The translations under genes were made by a program, and so were the position numbers. The notes below the pieces were generated by a model. The model had not been told where the DNA came from. It saw only the letters and a list, made by a program, of their open reading frames with translations, and made no database searches. A stretch of 56,994 nt of DNA, counting the filler, from Platydemus manokwari (Eukaryota), in NCBI GenBank assembly GCA_037951405.1. It is 4 parts of 4 records of this genome, joined end to end, with 100 filler letters (N's around TTAATTAATTAA, not from the genome) between each part and the next. Parts side by side here need not be neighbours in the genome. Positions count along the whole stretch, not along the records: positions 1 to 9,513 come from JBBMOY011238653.1; positions 9,614 to 27,952 come from JBBMOY010444444.1; 2 more parts are not named here. The stretch is one strand, 5' to 3'. Positions 1 through 14,189 of this stretch are shown one piece after another; position 1 is the stretch's first letter, and each line of letters opens with the position of its first letter.

Positions 1-2018
1 TCAACTACTAAACACACTGATTAATTTCTCATGTGTTCATTTTTTTGAAGAAAATTTTTTAATCAATATTTCACTAATTAAGTAAATCAAAATTTTAAGT
101 ATGAATATAAATATTGAAAGTAAAAATGTTTATCTTGTGCTGTTATTTAACAATATAAATAAAAACTAACAATGTAATTCCATTACAATTAGTTTATTAC
201 GACGGAATATTAAGTTAAATTGCTCAAATCCGAATCCAAATAATTTACTTCTTTATGTTAACGAATTTAATGTTAATCACCGCTTTATATTATCTAAAAA
301 TTGCTTATTGCTAAAAAATCTGTTTGGGTTGGACACAGTTCGACCAAATCATAATTAATTCTTAAAATTCAATTGTCTTTAAAATTGCCTTGTCCATCGG
401 AGTTGCTGGATTATTTCTCCAACCATCTTTTGATATTAATTTATATAATCTTTTAAATTTTAATTTTTATATTCTCATATCTCTCTTTCTTTAAAATCTT
501 TGATTATTATTGTAATTGATTCTCTAAATATTTATCGAAATGAAAATGTCTATTTATTCCATTTATTTTTATATCTCTAAAGCTTCTTTATGTCTTTATT
601 TTATTTCTTATCTTCCTTACAACTTATTTATATCGTCCATATAGCTTCTCTATATATTTACATATTTACATTTTATCTATATCTTCTCTATACATTCCTA
701 CTTCTCTCGTATAACCCATATCTTTTGATTTTAAATTATAAAATCTTCACAATTACTAATTTTATTTAAGGATTAATCAGTTTAATTTTATTACCGGTAC
801 CGAAAGTTCACTGGATATCTATCACATAAAATATCTGCTTGCTATGACTTATTATTTAGATTGTTATTTCAATTCCTATCTCCTTAATTAGAACTATTTC
901 TTCAATCAATGTCGGAAGAATGTTTATATTAGTATGACATTGTTTTTTGTAATCAGACAAGAAAAATTAGTAAGCGATTTATGGCACAATGTGATTCAAT
1001 GATTTCCACATTTACTATCTCCTTTTTCGAATATTTATTGCAGAAGGTATAATTTAGAAAAAACAATTACTATAAAACAAAGTTAATAATTTGTTATTTT
1101 AATATTTTGTTTATTAGTAAAAAGAGATTTTAATCCTAATAGAAATTAATCCTAGAAAGCTTTAAGCTATTTCCAATATATCGATATGATGTATTTTCTG
1201 TATAACGGCGCCAGATTTTCTCATTTCAACCTAAATTATATAACTGGCTCATTTTGGTTCTTAATGATAATCGAAAATTAATTCATTTGTTAACCCGTTT
1301 CTTAATTTCGAATGGGACGAGCTTATTTCTGTTATTGAGTCATCGAACCATTACTAGACATATAGATACTTTGATCAACATCGATAAATCTACCTTTAAA
1401 TTGATAATTTATAATACCAATCCTCCAATGATTATTTCCATATAAAATAATGAAGTTAAGATAAGCACAAATGATAATGGAAACATCTTATATCACCGGG
1501 ATAGTTCAAACTATTAAGAAATGTTCGTCAATAAATATATGCGAAAATATCAGGATTCAATATAAAGGCAATGTTGATAAAAGTTTAATTATAGAAATAT
1601 TGCCCCTTCTGGAATATTGTATGTATATATATATATATGAATAAATACAATATGTTCAAAAATGATATACAAAATGAAATAACAACCAATACTACTAATT
1701 AATTATTATTATAAGAAAATAATAATAAAATACAATAAAAATTCAACTAAAACAAAAATAATGCAAATATTGTCCGACTCACAAACATAAATTCAAATGC
1801 AAAAATCAATTACTAAAAATATCTTACAACTCATTTTCAGAAATTTCACAATTAAAATTTTATATTGAAATATTGATTAAAAAGCTTTATTTTTTTTGTT
1901 AAATGCTTTAACTGCTTATTATCGCATTACGAAATGTTATTTTTTTTCATTTAATTTTTGTCATAATATTGAAAATATGATTTGAAATATTTATGTACAG
2001 ATGTTTGATAAATGTGAA

Positions 2019-2040
2019 CACAACACACACACACACACAC
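2019..2040. repeat. (CA)n microsatellite
   Basis: Direct run of CA dinucleotides. Confidence 0.9.
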
Positions 2041-2649
2041 ATAACAACTCATTGGAATTGTGAATTTTATCGGAAAATTATATGTGGAATGATAAATTTC
2101 TAAAATGTCTTCTGGAACACAGCCTTTCTGGAATAATTTGTCATGAATAAATATATCACAATGGATTGGATTCTGAAAAATGAATTTCATCAATTTATGA
2201 AATTTTCAATCATATTTCATCAATTTAATTTCAAATAAAGAATAATATTCCATTTGTTAATTCAAATCGGTTTGGCCATGTTTGATAATAGATCATGGTG
2301 TTTATAACACACGGTAACAAGTTATCATCCTGTTATAAAGACTAATTCATAACCAAAATGAAAACAAATGCTTTTAAACACACATGATCAATTTTTTTAA
2401 AAAAATGTCTTTATAAACTTGATATTCATTTCAAACTCATCTCAATAAATTTCATTTATTTAATTATTTTACATGGAATTTAATTATTATGGAAAAATTC
2501 CAAATTTAATACAATATTATTAATATCACTTTGAGTTAAGTTGCCTGTTTTCATTACTAAACTTTTGTAATCAATTAATGACGCTAGATTGATCCAACTT
2601 CATGTGAATATATTACTTACACCTTTCAGTAAGTATTTATAGGTTAATT

Positions 2650-5600
2650 TCATAAACAATATTCATTACAATTGAAGGCATCTCCTAAAAAATTATCATT
2701 TTCATTATTAGGAAAATGTCGAGTTATTTTATTATTTCATAGCATTATAATTTTTAATTTTATATTTACGGCAATCTCAATTGAAATCCTTTAAAAGAGG
2801 CCAGTTGCAATGAGTAGATATGAAAATAATTCGTTAAATATAAAAAAGTACTCACCAGACTTCCAATTGAGTTTCAAGTCATTGGATTTGGTCACCAAAT
2901 AACGCATTAGAATTATCAGATGATCATTGGAAAATAGATGGGCTTGTTTTGAAATACTTGGATTGAGATTCTGGTTACAAACCAGACAATGGATTCGGTC
3001 GCACTTGGGTAATTCAATGATGCTTGGAGTGGCCTCGGGAAAAACGGGTTTCTCACGATAGAACATATCTCTTTCTTGCTTTTTTAATTTTGCTCTTTGG
3101 TTTTGAAACCAAACTTGTACGACTCGCATGTCTAGAGAAAGGACGTTTCCAAGAATTCCCAATTCATTGTGACTAGGTGAACGACAATGAATAAAAATTG
3201 ACTTCATTGCTTGAATTTGCATTGCTGTTAATGTTGTTCTATGACGCCTTTCTCCGCAGTTAGAACTGCAATTTTCGATTGGTTCTTGTTCTGATTCGAA
3301 TGGAGAAATCGGATCGAATGTAAATGAGTTACGGGAACCATTCAATATACTGAAACCTGAGCTCTGATAACTGAGATCCAATGGAACATCATCATTATGT
3401 GGTGATATCGAAAGCATGGCCGACTCTTTCTTATTAACTAAGCCACTTTTATCTTTTAATACGGTACTCATATTGATTAACGATTTATCTTCTAATTTCT
3501 CAAATTTGTGAATCAATGAGAATCGATCGAGATTATCTCCTGCATTGTTTTGTGACGATATTTTAACGATATCAGACGATTCCTCGTCATTATCTGATAT
3601 CCTTCGAAATTTAGCAGCTGGCACTTCAGCGGTATTTTCTCCCATTGCTCTTTTACTGGCTTCTTAAGGAATCTTTAAGAAATTTTTATTACAGATAACA
3701 ATGATATACCTATTTTAAAATCATCTGAACTGGCATCGGTTTTCGTATCATCAGAATTCTTAATAAATAAATTTTCATTAGGAATTAATAATGAAAAAAA
3801 CATAAAAAATCAATAAATATTGTAAAAAAAACCATGATAAATACTCACCTTTGTTTTATCAACCGGTGATGACGTTCTACTACATTCGGATCTAACTTCG
3901 ATTTTACCAGTTTTTTCATACTCTTCTATATTAAGACTAGTTTCTGGAGGGATATTGAAATTATAAGGACTATCTTTACATCTCTGTCGTTCCTTAAACA
4001 GCGTATTACGAAACCAATGTTTAACAGTTTTTTTATCCAGTCCAGTTTTGTTAATGATTTCAGTAATGGTTTCGTCGTTTGGTGGATTATTTATGTTAAA
4101 ATACGATCGCAATATATCATATTGGTGGTTTTTGATCTGGGTTCTTTTTCGATTAAAATTATCGATTTTTTGTGCTGGATCTGGAAACTTTTGATGATCT
4201 ATGACAGTGGAATTGATACTAGAATTGGACACCGGTGGTTTGGAATTAAAGAATGTGAGATTTGTAGGCCCATTTGGCGAATTAAGATTTCGAAAGCGAA
4301 ACTGTGGCATTGGGAACATTCCGAGAGGGGGTAGAATATTTAAAAAGTTGTGATTGTTGGGATGAAATCGATATGGATTCATCATTGGCTGGATCATTGA
4401 TCGGTTTATGTTAAGCAAACCAGCCGAAGAAAATTTAGTAGAAAAATGCGGTAATGGATCATCCGAAGAAATATTAGGTCTCAGTTGTTGGGCTTGAAGT
4501 GGAACAGTATCGTCACGGAATGTTTCATTAGAATGTGAATTAATAGCGACAAATAACGGTTTTCTCGATGTGTCATTAGAATATGTCAGCATCATTCTGG
4601 TGAGATGATCACGACACACCGATACAATTCTTTCAAATTCGTGCAATATTTCTGATGATGGATTACTACAGATTCGATCGTGCTTTTTCAACACCGATTG
4701 ACTGCTAAACATTTTACCACATTCTCTACATTTCTCAATCAGTGTTTCTTTAATATTTGCAATGTCAATGATGGATTCTGCATATTTCCAAACAGTGGAA
4801 TCGCTCTCATTTTGATCACATTTGGAATTAATCATTGTTTCTATAACCAATTTAACATTTTCTAATCCAACCGTCGAAATCAATGTCGAAATAGAATTCA
4901 AGGAATTCAATCTAGGAGTGATCATATCTCCACCGAGTGCGGTATTATTATTTCGAAGTGTCGCTATATGTTCTTGAGTTTTATTTCCGGGTTGGTTTCG
5001 ATTTTCCTTATTAACAACAGATTCTGGCGAGCTAAATGTACTTTGGCACTCATTTTTATTGAGCATCAGTGATGTTGTAGTTATCACGTCATTGCTGGTT
5101 CTGAAATATTAAAAAAAACGTTTTAAAGATCTTAGTAATATTGTTTTCAGTCATACTTTATTATGTCTGAATTGTCTGGATTTAATTTGGTGTCAGAACA
5201 AGAATTATCATCCTGTAAGCATTAAATAATGAAAATATCAGTAGCAACAACGATCAACTCACATAGATGACATGATAGCTCTCAATATGAGAACGTAAGC
5301 TATTGCGGCCTTCTGTTGATAGACCACATAAAACACAATCAAATTCTCCAAATAGCGAATGTGAATTCATATGTTGATAACATTTTACCGTACAATTAAA
5401 TGCCAAAATATGGCAGACTTTACACACGTACTTAAAAGATTCGAGACGCTTGTATTCTGGAATTTGGAAGGCATGAATTTCACTGAACATGAAAATGTAT
5501 TCAATTGTCATTTATAGTATCTTGAAATAATGCATTTTTATATATTCTCATTTCTGTAATATTTTAGAATATTTATATTCTTTTTAATGATGAAAATCAA

Positions 5601-8600
5601 GAAGATTAAATTTATAATGCTGATGATAACTTGGGAATTGCTTTTGAAAATTACAAAAAAATATTTAATAAGCCTATAGATATTGATTGAAACATTGACA
5701 ATCCTAACAAGTAGTCTCTACCAAAAAGTAAGTATGACAGTCATTTCGACTCATCAGGTACACTTAAATAATGGAGGGACTCGATTTTCATAATTCACAC
5801 ACTAATCGATACAAACCCAAGGGCACTTTACTCAAATTCGTTATCACTTACCGTTAGGTACTTAGAAATATTTAGTTTTCAAATTTACGTATCCCAGCAA
5901 TTTCACAGTAAATATTCTAATAGAATGTTTTAACTGAAAATGAGATTTTAATTAATCCTATATGTTGGCCCGTGAGATAAATTAACAAAGATAAAACTAA
6001 AAATAAAACATAAATTAAATAATGTTTGGGCAGCAAAAATAATACAAAATAAAAATCCACTTTTAAAACAATGCTTTTATAATGTCAAATCAATCGTTTA
6101 TTTTGAAAGCGGCTTGAGTCCATTTTCCAAAAAAATAATAATTCTATTCAATCAATAATTTTAATATTAAAAAAAAAGATTAAAAAATTACCAAAGTGAG
6201 ATGAAAATTGATAATAATAATAATCCAGATAATCTAAAGTTTATTTATATTTCAAGACAATTTTCTATCTTTTTAAGAATTGAAAAAGTGGTTTTATTAT
6301 ATTTACAAATGGTTTCAGTCCTTTTGTAGCCATTAAAAGCGTATTATTTTTAAATAATGTTTGGATTGGTAAATCATACACCATTAGAAACATAAAAAAT
6401 AACATTTTACCATGATAGATTTATTAAAATGCAAATCTTTAAATGAATCGATTTTAAAATAAAAGGATCTTTTAAATAAACGGTTTATATAAAATTATTA
6501 ATTATTACTAAAAATGATCTATCATCAAAGATATCGATTTGAAATATTGGTTGCAACCCTTTTTGTAACACAAATAGCCCCTGTGATCGAATATATCATT
6601 ATGCTTTACAGATGCCCTATGTTCTTCCAACAGAGAAACGGTAGCAAAACATTTTCCACATTGTTGACATCGTACCATCGGTTCAAGATTGTCGGTTTCT
6701 TTGATAAGAACACAATCGCACCAATCTAAACCAGTGATAATTTTTCATTTAAATAGTCTATTTATATTTTTTTACCTTTTGGTTTATCAGATATTTTCAA
6801 CGACTTGAAAACGGGTAACAATTTTGCAATCGTCTCCATATGGGCTTTTTCGGCCAAATTAATTAGTTGTTGAACACAGTGATCTTGGATCTTGTGTATC
6901 TGAATCAAGAAATGATCAATTGATGTCATTGAAACAAAGAGGTGGGAAAAGAAAATGGTGAAATGCAAAAATTGTAAAAATATTTATGTGATTTAAGGAT
7001 TGTAAGCTTTTACTTATTGGAATCACTGATAATTTCAATAATCAGTTGGATTCAATCCCACGACCATCTCATTCATATTTACCATAACTTCCCACTCGAC
7101 TGTAAGCATCTTTGAACAGCATTTTGAATCCATATCAGTATATCATTCAAACTTATTCTATGCGTTTATTTATACTCAATGATTTTCAGAATTAACTTGG
7201 AATCAATCATGTATTACACTGATCTAATTTTTATTGGAATATTTTCGATGTTTTGGAATTTACATTTATCTTATTCCTGGATATCTTATCGAATATATTT
7301 AAAAATGTAACAAATCGAAAAGTATTCATCATAAATTGGTAATAAAAATCATCTAAAAATCGGCTCCCCGAAGATTTATAAAAAAAAAATAGTAGCAAAC
7401 AATTTATTTTAATATTATTTGTGTTAATATTGTTTATTTCTAACTATATTAATCTTGAGTTGTATCAGGCTTAATGTAATATTAACCACTTAAGCATCTC
7501 GATCGAGATCCTCTCGCTCATCAAATGTGTTCCGATTTGCGCTATCCCCAGTACCTCTCGCCAGTTATAAATATTATGTATATATTTTTATCTGGAGCGA
7601 TACCTTCTCGTCCGTTTGTATTTCATAGAGCTTAGTGTATATTTATTTTGACCTTTTTTTGACCTCATTTCACAGAAAACCCTCGCATTAAGTGGTTAAT
7701 CAGGCGTATTAAGGAAAGTATGATTTATAATGTACCTAAAAAGTGATTATCTTTCATTAATGTTTCAGATAAATAAATTTCGCATTTTCACCAACCTGTA
7801 ATAATTTTTCAATATTTATTCAGAATTTTATTGGTTAAAAATAGTCTAATATAAAATTTAAATTTTCTTTATTAATCTCTTCAATCTGTTTAGCCAAAGT
7901 TTTTCAAAAGAAATACAGTATTATTATATTAGTTTTAAAATAATAATTAGCTTATAGATAATAGGTCAGACTTTCTTTACAATTTATTCTGAAATTCTCA
8001 TCATAAATACAAAACCATTTTTTAATCTTTTTAAAATTCTTCATTTATTTTGAGAGACAAAATTAAAATATATCAAGTGAAATGTAGTCAAATTTAATTT
8101 CACTAAAGCATTCTAAAACGATAATGTTGACAAAATAATTTAATTACATTTTTCAAGGATTAGTGATTAAATTTAAAACCCAGTCAAATTCTTTTTGAAA
8201 ACCACATTTATTTACAGCTAATTCGTGAAGAAGATTTTATTCCATCATTTTTTTACCAGTAAGAATTTGATTCGTTCAATTTTTAGATATGCAAGCGTCG
8301 TTGTTGGCATTTAAAATTTGAGAAATATAATAAATATTTCAGTTAAATAAACTACTTATAATAGTGAATAATACATGCGTTTTAAATTTGTGTGCTTTAA
8401 GCTCAATAGTATATCTATAATATTTATGATCTACTTCCATAATGAGGTTAATGAATTATAAGGATCTTAATAAATTGATGTTATTAAATTTATTTTAAAT
8501 ATACTAATAAAGTTAATTTAAAATAAATTTCAATATTTTTTGATTATTAAATTTAATAATTCACCTAATATTAAGATGATGAACATTATTTATAAAATCT

Positions 8601-8722
8601 TTGGTTATTTATTTAATAATAAATTATCAATACCAACCTCTTTTAAATGATTCCGAAGTTCTTTCCTGTCAACAGGATCGTTACAAAGATTACATCTGAA
8701 CAATGGTGGAACTGTAATATCT
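2650..8722 (-). CDS. zfh2: Zinc-finger homeobox protein of the ZFHX3/ZFHX4/zfh2 family, multi-exon; 5' end not resolved (may continue toward or beyond the linker at 9514)
   Basis: HD1 signature [26 protein letters not shown] (ORF 3810-5087) and a last-homeodomain-type [16 protein letters not shown] (ORF 2791-3645). Hand-translated exons give C2H2 fingers, including [23 protein letters not shown] (~6515-6725, resembles the ZFHX 'LCWKKGCNQVFK' motif), [11 protein letters not shown] (5260-5490), [13 protein letters not shown] (6770-6940) and [19 protein letters not shown] (~8637-8722). GT-AG junctions with consistent phase at 2685-2855, ~3663-3709 and ~3759-3848. Last exon 2650-2684 ends in TGA. 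Confidence 0.9.
7486..7695. mobile_element. piggyBac-type MITE in a ZFHX intron
   Basis: TTAA|CCACTTAA ... TTAAGTGG|TTAA: TTAA target duplication (7482-7485, 7696-7699) with inverted termini; 210-bp non-coding interior. Confidence 0.7.
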
Positions 8723-9513
8723 AAAGAGAAAATAAGAGGTAATCTGTGAATTTTACAATTTTAAAAAGCAATTATGAATTCAAACAACATTGTAATTAGA
8801 ATTGGAAAATTTTTTGTCCCCTTTTAATGCTCTTGATAGTTACACTTCCTGATTCAGTTCTATCGTAACTTCAATGACTCAGACATTCGTCTTACTAACA
8901 GCATTGTCAGTTCTCGGAAAACTTTCAATCAATTCCAAAGGAAAATTAATTAATTAAATTATCTCTACTCTCGCTAATTTACTATCGTCAGTCGAAATTG
9001 ACCATCACAACACGACTTCTTATTTTCAATGGAAATAACAAATAATACAATCTAATTAGTAAAAATCTTGTCCACTTCTTTGTTCGATTGAATTAATGGC
9101 TCCGACTTCTTTGTGACTATAATTTGCTTTCGATTCCAGATCGATTCTGTTATTTTTCACCACTACATTAATCCCAAACTCGTTTGATGAAAACCCTTTT
9201 AACGAAAAACAAAAAAAAACCCAACAAAAAACAAACGTTTCAAACAGGAAAAAAAAATTAACGAAAAATTCGCTGGTAATGGATTCAGTTTTGTCCTAAT
9301 ATCCTAACTTAATCCAATTAATTAATGGAAATAATTTATAATTGCATTTAGAATTAGAAGAAAAACCGATTGGAGAATACTTGAAAAAAAAAATAGAGTC
9401 GAATACAAATCTGAAAATGTTTTTTTTTATTGATTATCAAGCTTTAAATATCGGTTTTCGCTATAACAAATTATTATTGTTAATCTCTAAAATAATAATG
9501 GAATAATTATAAT

Positions 9514-9613
9514 NNNNNNNNNNNNNNNNNNNNNNNNNNNNNNNNNNNNNNNNNNNNTTAATTAATTAANNNNNNNNNNNNNNNNNNNNNNNNNNNNNNN
9601 NNNNNNNNNNNNN
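9514..9613. other. Artificial contig linker (N44-TTAATTAATTAA-N44)
   Basis: Same 100-nt spacer occurs three times; TTAATTAATTAA gives stops in all six frames. Confidence 0.97.
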
Positions 9614-10083
9614 CATTGTATTTTTAGAATTTTTATAAAAGAAATTATAGATTTCTCTTTATTCATTTTTCAATAAATTAAGTTTATCTTGTTTAATAAT
9701 TCTGATTTGAATGGTTTTTCTGCACTAATCAATTTTCAAATCAATATATTTGTGCCAGCTGAATATATTAAAATACATTTTAAGATTCTTGTTTTAGTAA
9801 ATCATTATGATAATAAATTATAAAAGTATAAATAATAAAATTATAAACTTCATTTCATTTCGAGATATCGGTTAAGGCTGTGTAATAACTGTGTCAGAGC
9901 CAACAATAATAATATTATTTTTGCAATTAAACAATAAATATCGATTTGCACAATATCAAATCGATAAAAAGAAATTATCTTGAATTCATAGGCTTACAAA
10001 TTCTATTGGCTGACTGCTTCAAATACGTGATGTTTATTCAGTATTTATTATTATTTTTTTTGTTGTGTTGTATTAGTTTTCTT

Positions 10084-11041
10084 ATGAAGTGTTGCTTGGC
10101 ATTCTGCCTTATAACTTATATTTTGGCACAAAGTGGTGATATTTAATTATGTATTATGAGAATCATTATATTTTTATAGATATTATTTCAAATAAACGAT
10201 CAACATTTGCCAATAATGTTTGGATAGACACGAAATATAAACATAGTTACACTTCAGATAAGGCCGTGGATGGAAATCGTGATGGAGACACGGCTCACAG
10301 TAACATTAGAAAATAATTATAAAGAAAATTTGATTTTTAATTCACCCGTCATCATTTAGATGGTTGTTATCATAGTCTGGATAAAAATACTGTGAAATGG
10401 TGGATGATAATTCTCGACGCGTTATCGGTTATCACGAAAATTCGAATTTATGGCAGAACAGATTCTCATGGTTTGATTATTAAATATCGAGAAATGAAAA
10501 TTTTAATATTTTTATTAAGAACATCGAACTGGAAAGCTATCATTTCATGCCAGTTATTTTAATCGAACTTCATTCATAAATGATTCGACAGTTTTTTACA
10601 TTTTCAATTATTATCGAGGCCCTCCTTTACGTCATCAAAAAATGATTGAGTTCAAAGATACAAGACTAGTATCATTACATGCTGTTGTTAAAAATATTTG
10701 AAAGCTAAATTCAGGTGGCCAGATCAATTGTCATTTCGAAACCTTATAAAGAAGAATCAATTACTATCTGTGAATTGGAAATTTATGGATTCGATTTTGT
10801 GAAGGAGAATTCGACGATTTGTAAATATTTTTCATTGTTGTTATTAATAATAATATCGATAGATATTTATCTTGGACCCAATGTTTTCTATAAGAATGCA
10901 AAATATATGGATAAATTCCTAGTAGAAAAGGAAATAGATTGTGCTGTAGACTGTCGAATTGCAGAAAATTGTGTTTCATTTACAATCGATAAAGATAACC
11001 AATGTTATCTTTACAATCATGCTGGAGGAGAATTCTATTGA
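10084..11041 (+). CDS. Secreted F-type lectin (fucolectin/FTP) domain + C-terminal PAN/Apple-like domain protein
   Basis: Exons 10084-10135, 10180-10299, 10360-10470, 10520-10668, 10715-11041 (possible extra 42-nt in-frame intron 10821-10862). Signal peptide MKCCLAFCLITYILAQS; FTL motifs AVDGNRDG, CYHS, WWMIILD, IRIYGRTDSHEHR, ICELEIYG; then DCAVDCRIAENCVSFTIDKDNQCYLY (PAN-type Cys spacing). Confidence 0.8.
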
Positions 11042-12739
11042 TAAAAATCAATTTGAAGTGAAGTTCACGTCACAATTTTACTAATCATCATCTGATTCAT
11101 TTTATCGTTACTGGTTTAACTTTACTTGTTAAATGATATTGATTTCTAATGATAGACATTGTTATTTGTTGTGATTGCTATGGCTGTAGCATTTTCATCT
11201 TGTGTGATCGAATATTTTCTTATTTCATCTATATGTTTTTAATGTTTAGATAAATGCTGTGATCGTCATTGTAATCAATTGTTTCTCTGTATGTTTCTAT
11301 GAAATCATTGTGACGATTAAAAAGCATTTAAATTATCTCTTCGAGCAGAAATATATTTATATTATAACATGTAAATCATCGAGATAATTTTTTTGAATGA
11401 AATAATATTAAACGGATGGGTTATATAATATTTACAACGACATTTATGAAAATGTGGACCGTATGGTTGAAAAATCAATTACAGTATAAACATGCTAATA
11501 AGTATTCCCATCTATTGCCAAAACATAAGCTATAAAACAAAGTACAATACAACACTCCGTTACAGAATTAATACAAAATGATAAAGATGAACAATAAATA
11601 TTAAACAACAATCAGTCAGACTGTTAACTTTTTAATATCTTGGAATTTCAGATTTGTTTTATTTTATTGATTTTGTTTTATTGGTCTCTATTTTGTGTTT
11701 GTATCTTGTGCAGTATCTCCTCTTTTTATTAAAAGAAGCCGTTGGAAATTCGTCCATTTTTGTACTGTATGTCAATGGAATAGATCACAATTTATTCACA
11801 ATTAAATTTTTAATTTATTCAATATATTAACCTTATTGAAAAGCTAATATATGTGTGTGTGCCAACAATCATTCTCTGATAATTGCATTGCTTTTTTCCC
11901 ATATATTATCAGTTATCATAATTAATCGCGCATTCATCACCGTTTATTTATAAATAAAGGTTTAATAAATAATTATAATATTAAACTTCTAGCAGGACTA
12001 TACCAATTTTATATCATTATCATATAATAAGATATTATTGTAGTCAGATGCTTTATCGTCGTTGTCATACAATAATGAGGTGGTCATTATCTTTGTTGTG
12101 TCACTGTCTTGTAATCAAAACTTTAGCAAAATGACAATTTTTAAAATAATTTTTTTAATGTCTAATCAAACACGATTTATTGAGTTATTTAATAGAATTG
12201 GATCTCGCTTAACACCATATTTTGACCATTCGTTCATTGATGGTTTATTTCAAATAATATTTGTATATCATAATTATTTTCACGACAATCCATGAAACAA
12301 TTACCGTAATCATTAATTTCATATCTGACGAAGCTAAAATTGAAAGCTAATTTCTAAACTCTCATAAATATTTCTAGTAGAAATTGATTAATTTGTGAAA
12401 ATATTAAATCAGAGATGAAACTGTTGAAATTATATGAGAAAAAACGAACACCATTTTTTTAAACGACAAAACAGCGAATACAATTTGAAATCGTAATGCT
12501 TAATTAAAATATGTATTAATTAAATAAATAATTCTAAATTCTAAATAAATTTCTGGAAAATGTTGGAATGATAAACTGAATTCTCGACATGTCTAAGCAT
12601 TAAAAATTCAAAATAATAAATTATTCATTCGAATATTGCCACGTGTAATTACTGAGATATCCAATATGGCTAAAGTAACAATTCATTCAAAGTTAGTAAC
12701 ATTTCCAAATACGATAAGATTTAGTTAGATAAGATACTG

Positions 12740-13750
12740 GGTTCCATGTTATTGGTTTTATCAATAGTTTATTGGGTCACAAAATTCAGATAAATTTCTG
12801 TATGACTATCGAAATTTAGTCTGTTAATATCACTGGGGAATTCAGCTTGTAATAAAAAAATTCCTTGGCGATTCCATTTTTGGTTAATTTTATAAAATTC
12901 CGTGATGGTTAATTAATCGAGACCAAGATGAAATGGAAAGTTTTCAAATTTTAAATTTATTTGTTGAAATTAAACAATTTTTGTTTCAACTGAATGAATG
13001 CTATGCAAATAATAAGTTTAAAAGTATAAATCAGATCATATTACATTCTATCCATATCTGCCATGTTCTTTGTGAGGTATTTCACTCTTTCTGATTGCAA
13101 TAGTTTTCTGTATAATTAATAAATTTAATTTTAATAAATTAATAAATTAATTAAAATTATCGTTTTGTTAGTAAGATTTATTTTTGCTCGTCTATCTAGT
13201 AAACCATAAAACTCTCCATTTTTATTTTCTTGTGACTGCGCTTAGTCTTGAGTTATAAACTTTATGATTTTTTCTTGCATTCTTTCATCAATTTCTGTGA
13301 GGTCACTCTCAATTTCTCTGTCATTTTTATTGTTTTGTTACAATATATATTATTTATGTTATTCGATTTATCTTGATTGATTATTTTATTATTATATATT
13401 TTACTAACATTATAAATACTAATATGACTACCTATATTAACAGTATTCTGATCAAGATCAACATTATTGCTTAGTGCGTTACCCAGATTCGCTTTCCTTT
13501 GATCAGGATTTTGGCGTTTGGATGCTCAATGTAGCTTTTGTACTCTATTTCTAAGGTTTCTTGAAGTACTACCGTGAAATGTTTTGCATTTCTGTAATTA
13601 GGTATCTTTACTACGTCGTTTGACGGTCTATTGATGTTTCCTTCCTTGTTAGCAGGCGTGCTTTCGTTGGCTCGTAGTGCAATTACAACTAAATTTCTCA
13701 TTTATTTGGTGGTTTTGCAAAAATCGAAGTATTGATTGAAGCATCTCTTA
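12740..13750 (-). mobile_element. Highly degenerate Ty3/Gypsy relic (gag-protease and RT-RNaseH linker remnants)
   Basis: Minus-strand remnants EFYGLLDRRAKINL (protease LLD-G-A-like, ~13170-13225) and SYRNLSEFCDPIKLLIKPITW (~12745-12810, connection-domain-like); many stops. Confidence 0.4.
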
Positions 13751-14189
13751 AATTGAAGAATCCATTTATACGATTTTCGTAAATTGTTTATTAAATTATT
13801 ATTGAACTTGTTCTTTTATATTTTCCGCGTAATTTGGAAGGAGTACGAAGTTTTATTCTAACAAGAGATGGAATTTATTTCTAGCAAAATAATCATGGAA
13901 CAGAACATTTAGGAATTCACAAATGTTCTTTTTCTTAATTTGGAAGGAAGAAAAAGAAGAAGAAAAAGATTATAAGATTATGAGACCGAGATTATTAATT
14001 TATATATTTAATGAAAGATCAGAAATAGGGTGGTTTGCATTCACTTAAATAATATATTTTTTAAAGAATTAAAGATTTTATATCAAATTAAATTAATCAT
14101 TTGAAATATATTTCCAAATAAACCACCAAAAAGTAATCTCCTGGAATTTATATTACTTAGAAGGTGTTTAATTTAGCAAGAAAGAGCAG

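Noticed and set aside
380-430. Minus-strand GWRNNPAT resembling the RT motif GL.N.PAT
   Set aside because: Too short, with no supporting flanking motifs.
1951-2193. 80-aa ORF with CVCVC repeats
   Set aside because: Product of the (CA)n microsatellite in the probable ZFHX 3' UTR.
4017-4865. Plus-strand ORFs 4017-4334 and 4680-4865 (also 6514-6729)
   Set aside because: Antisense shadows of ZFHX exons with no recognisable motifs.
9558-9569. TTAATTAATTAA palindrome inside N-runs (also at 27997 and 43110)
   Set aside because: Identical 100-nt construct three times with stops in all frames; an assembly linker, not biology. Linkage of the Gypsy and Maverick blocks across it cannot be assumed.
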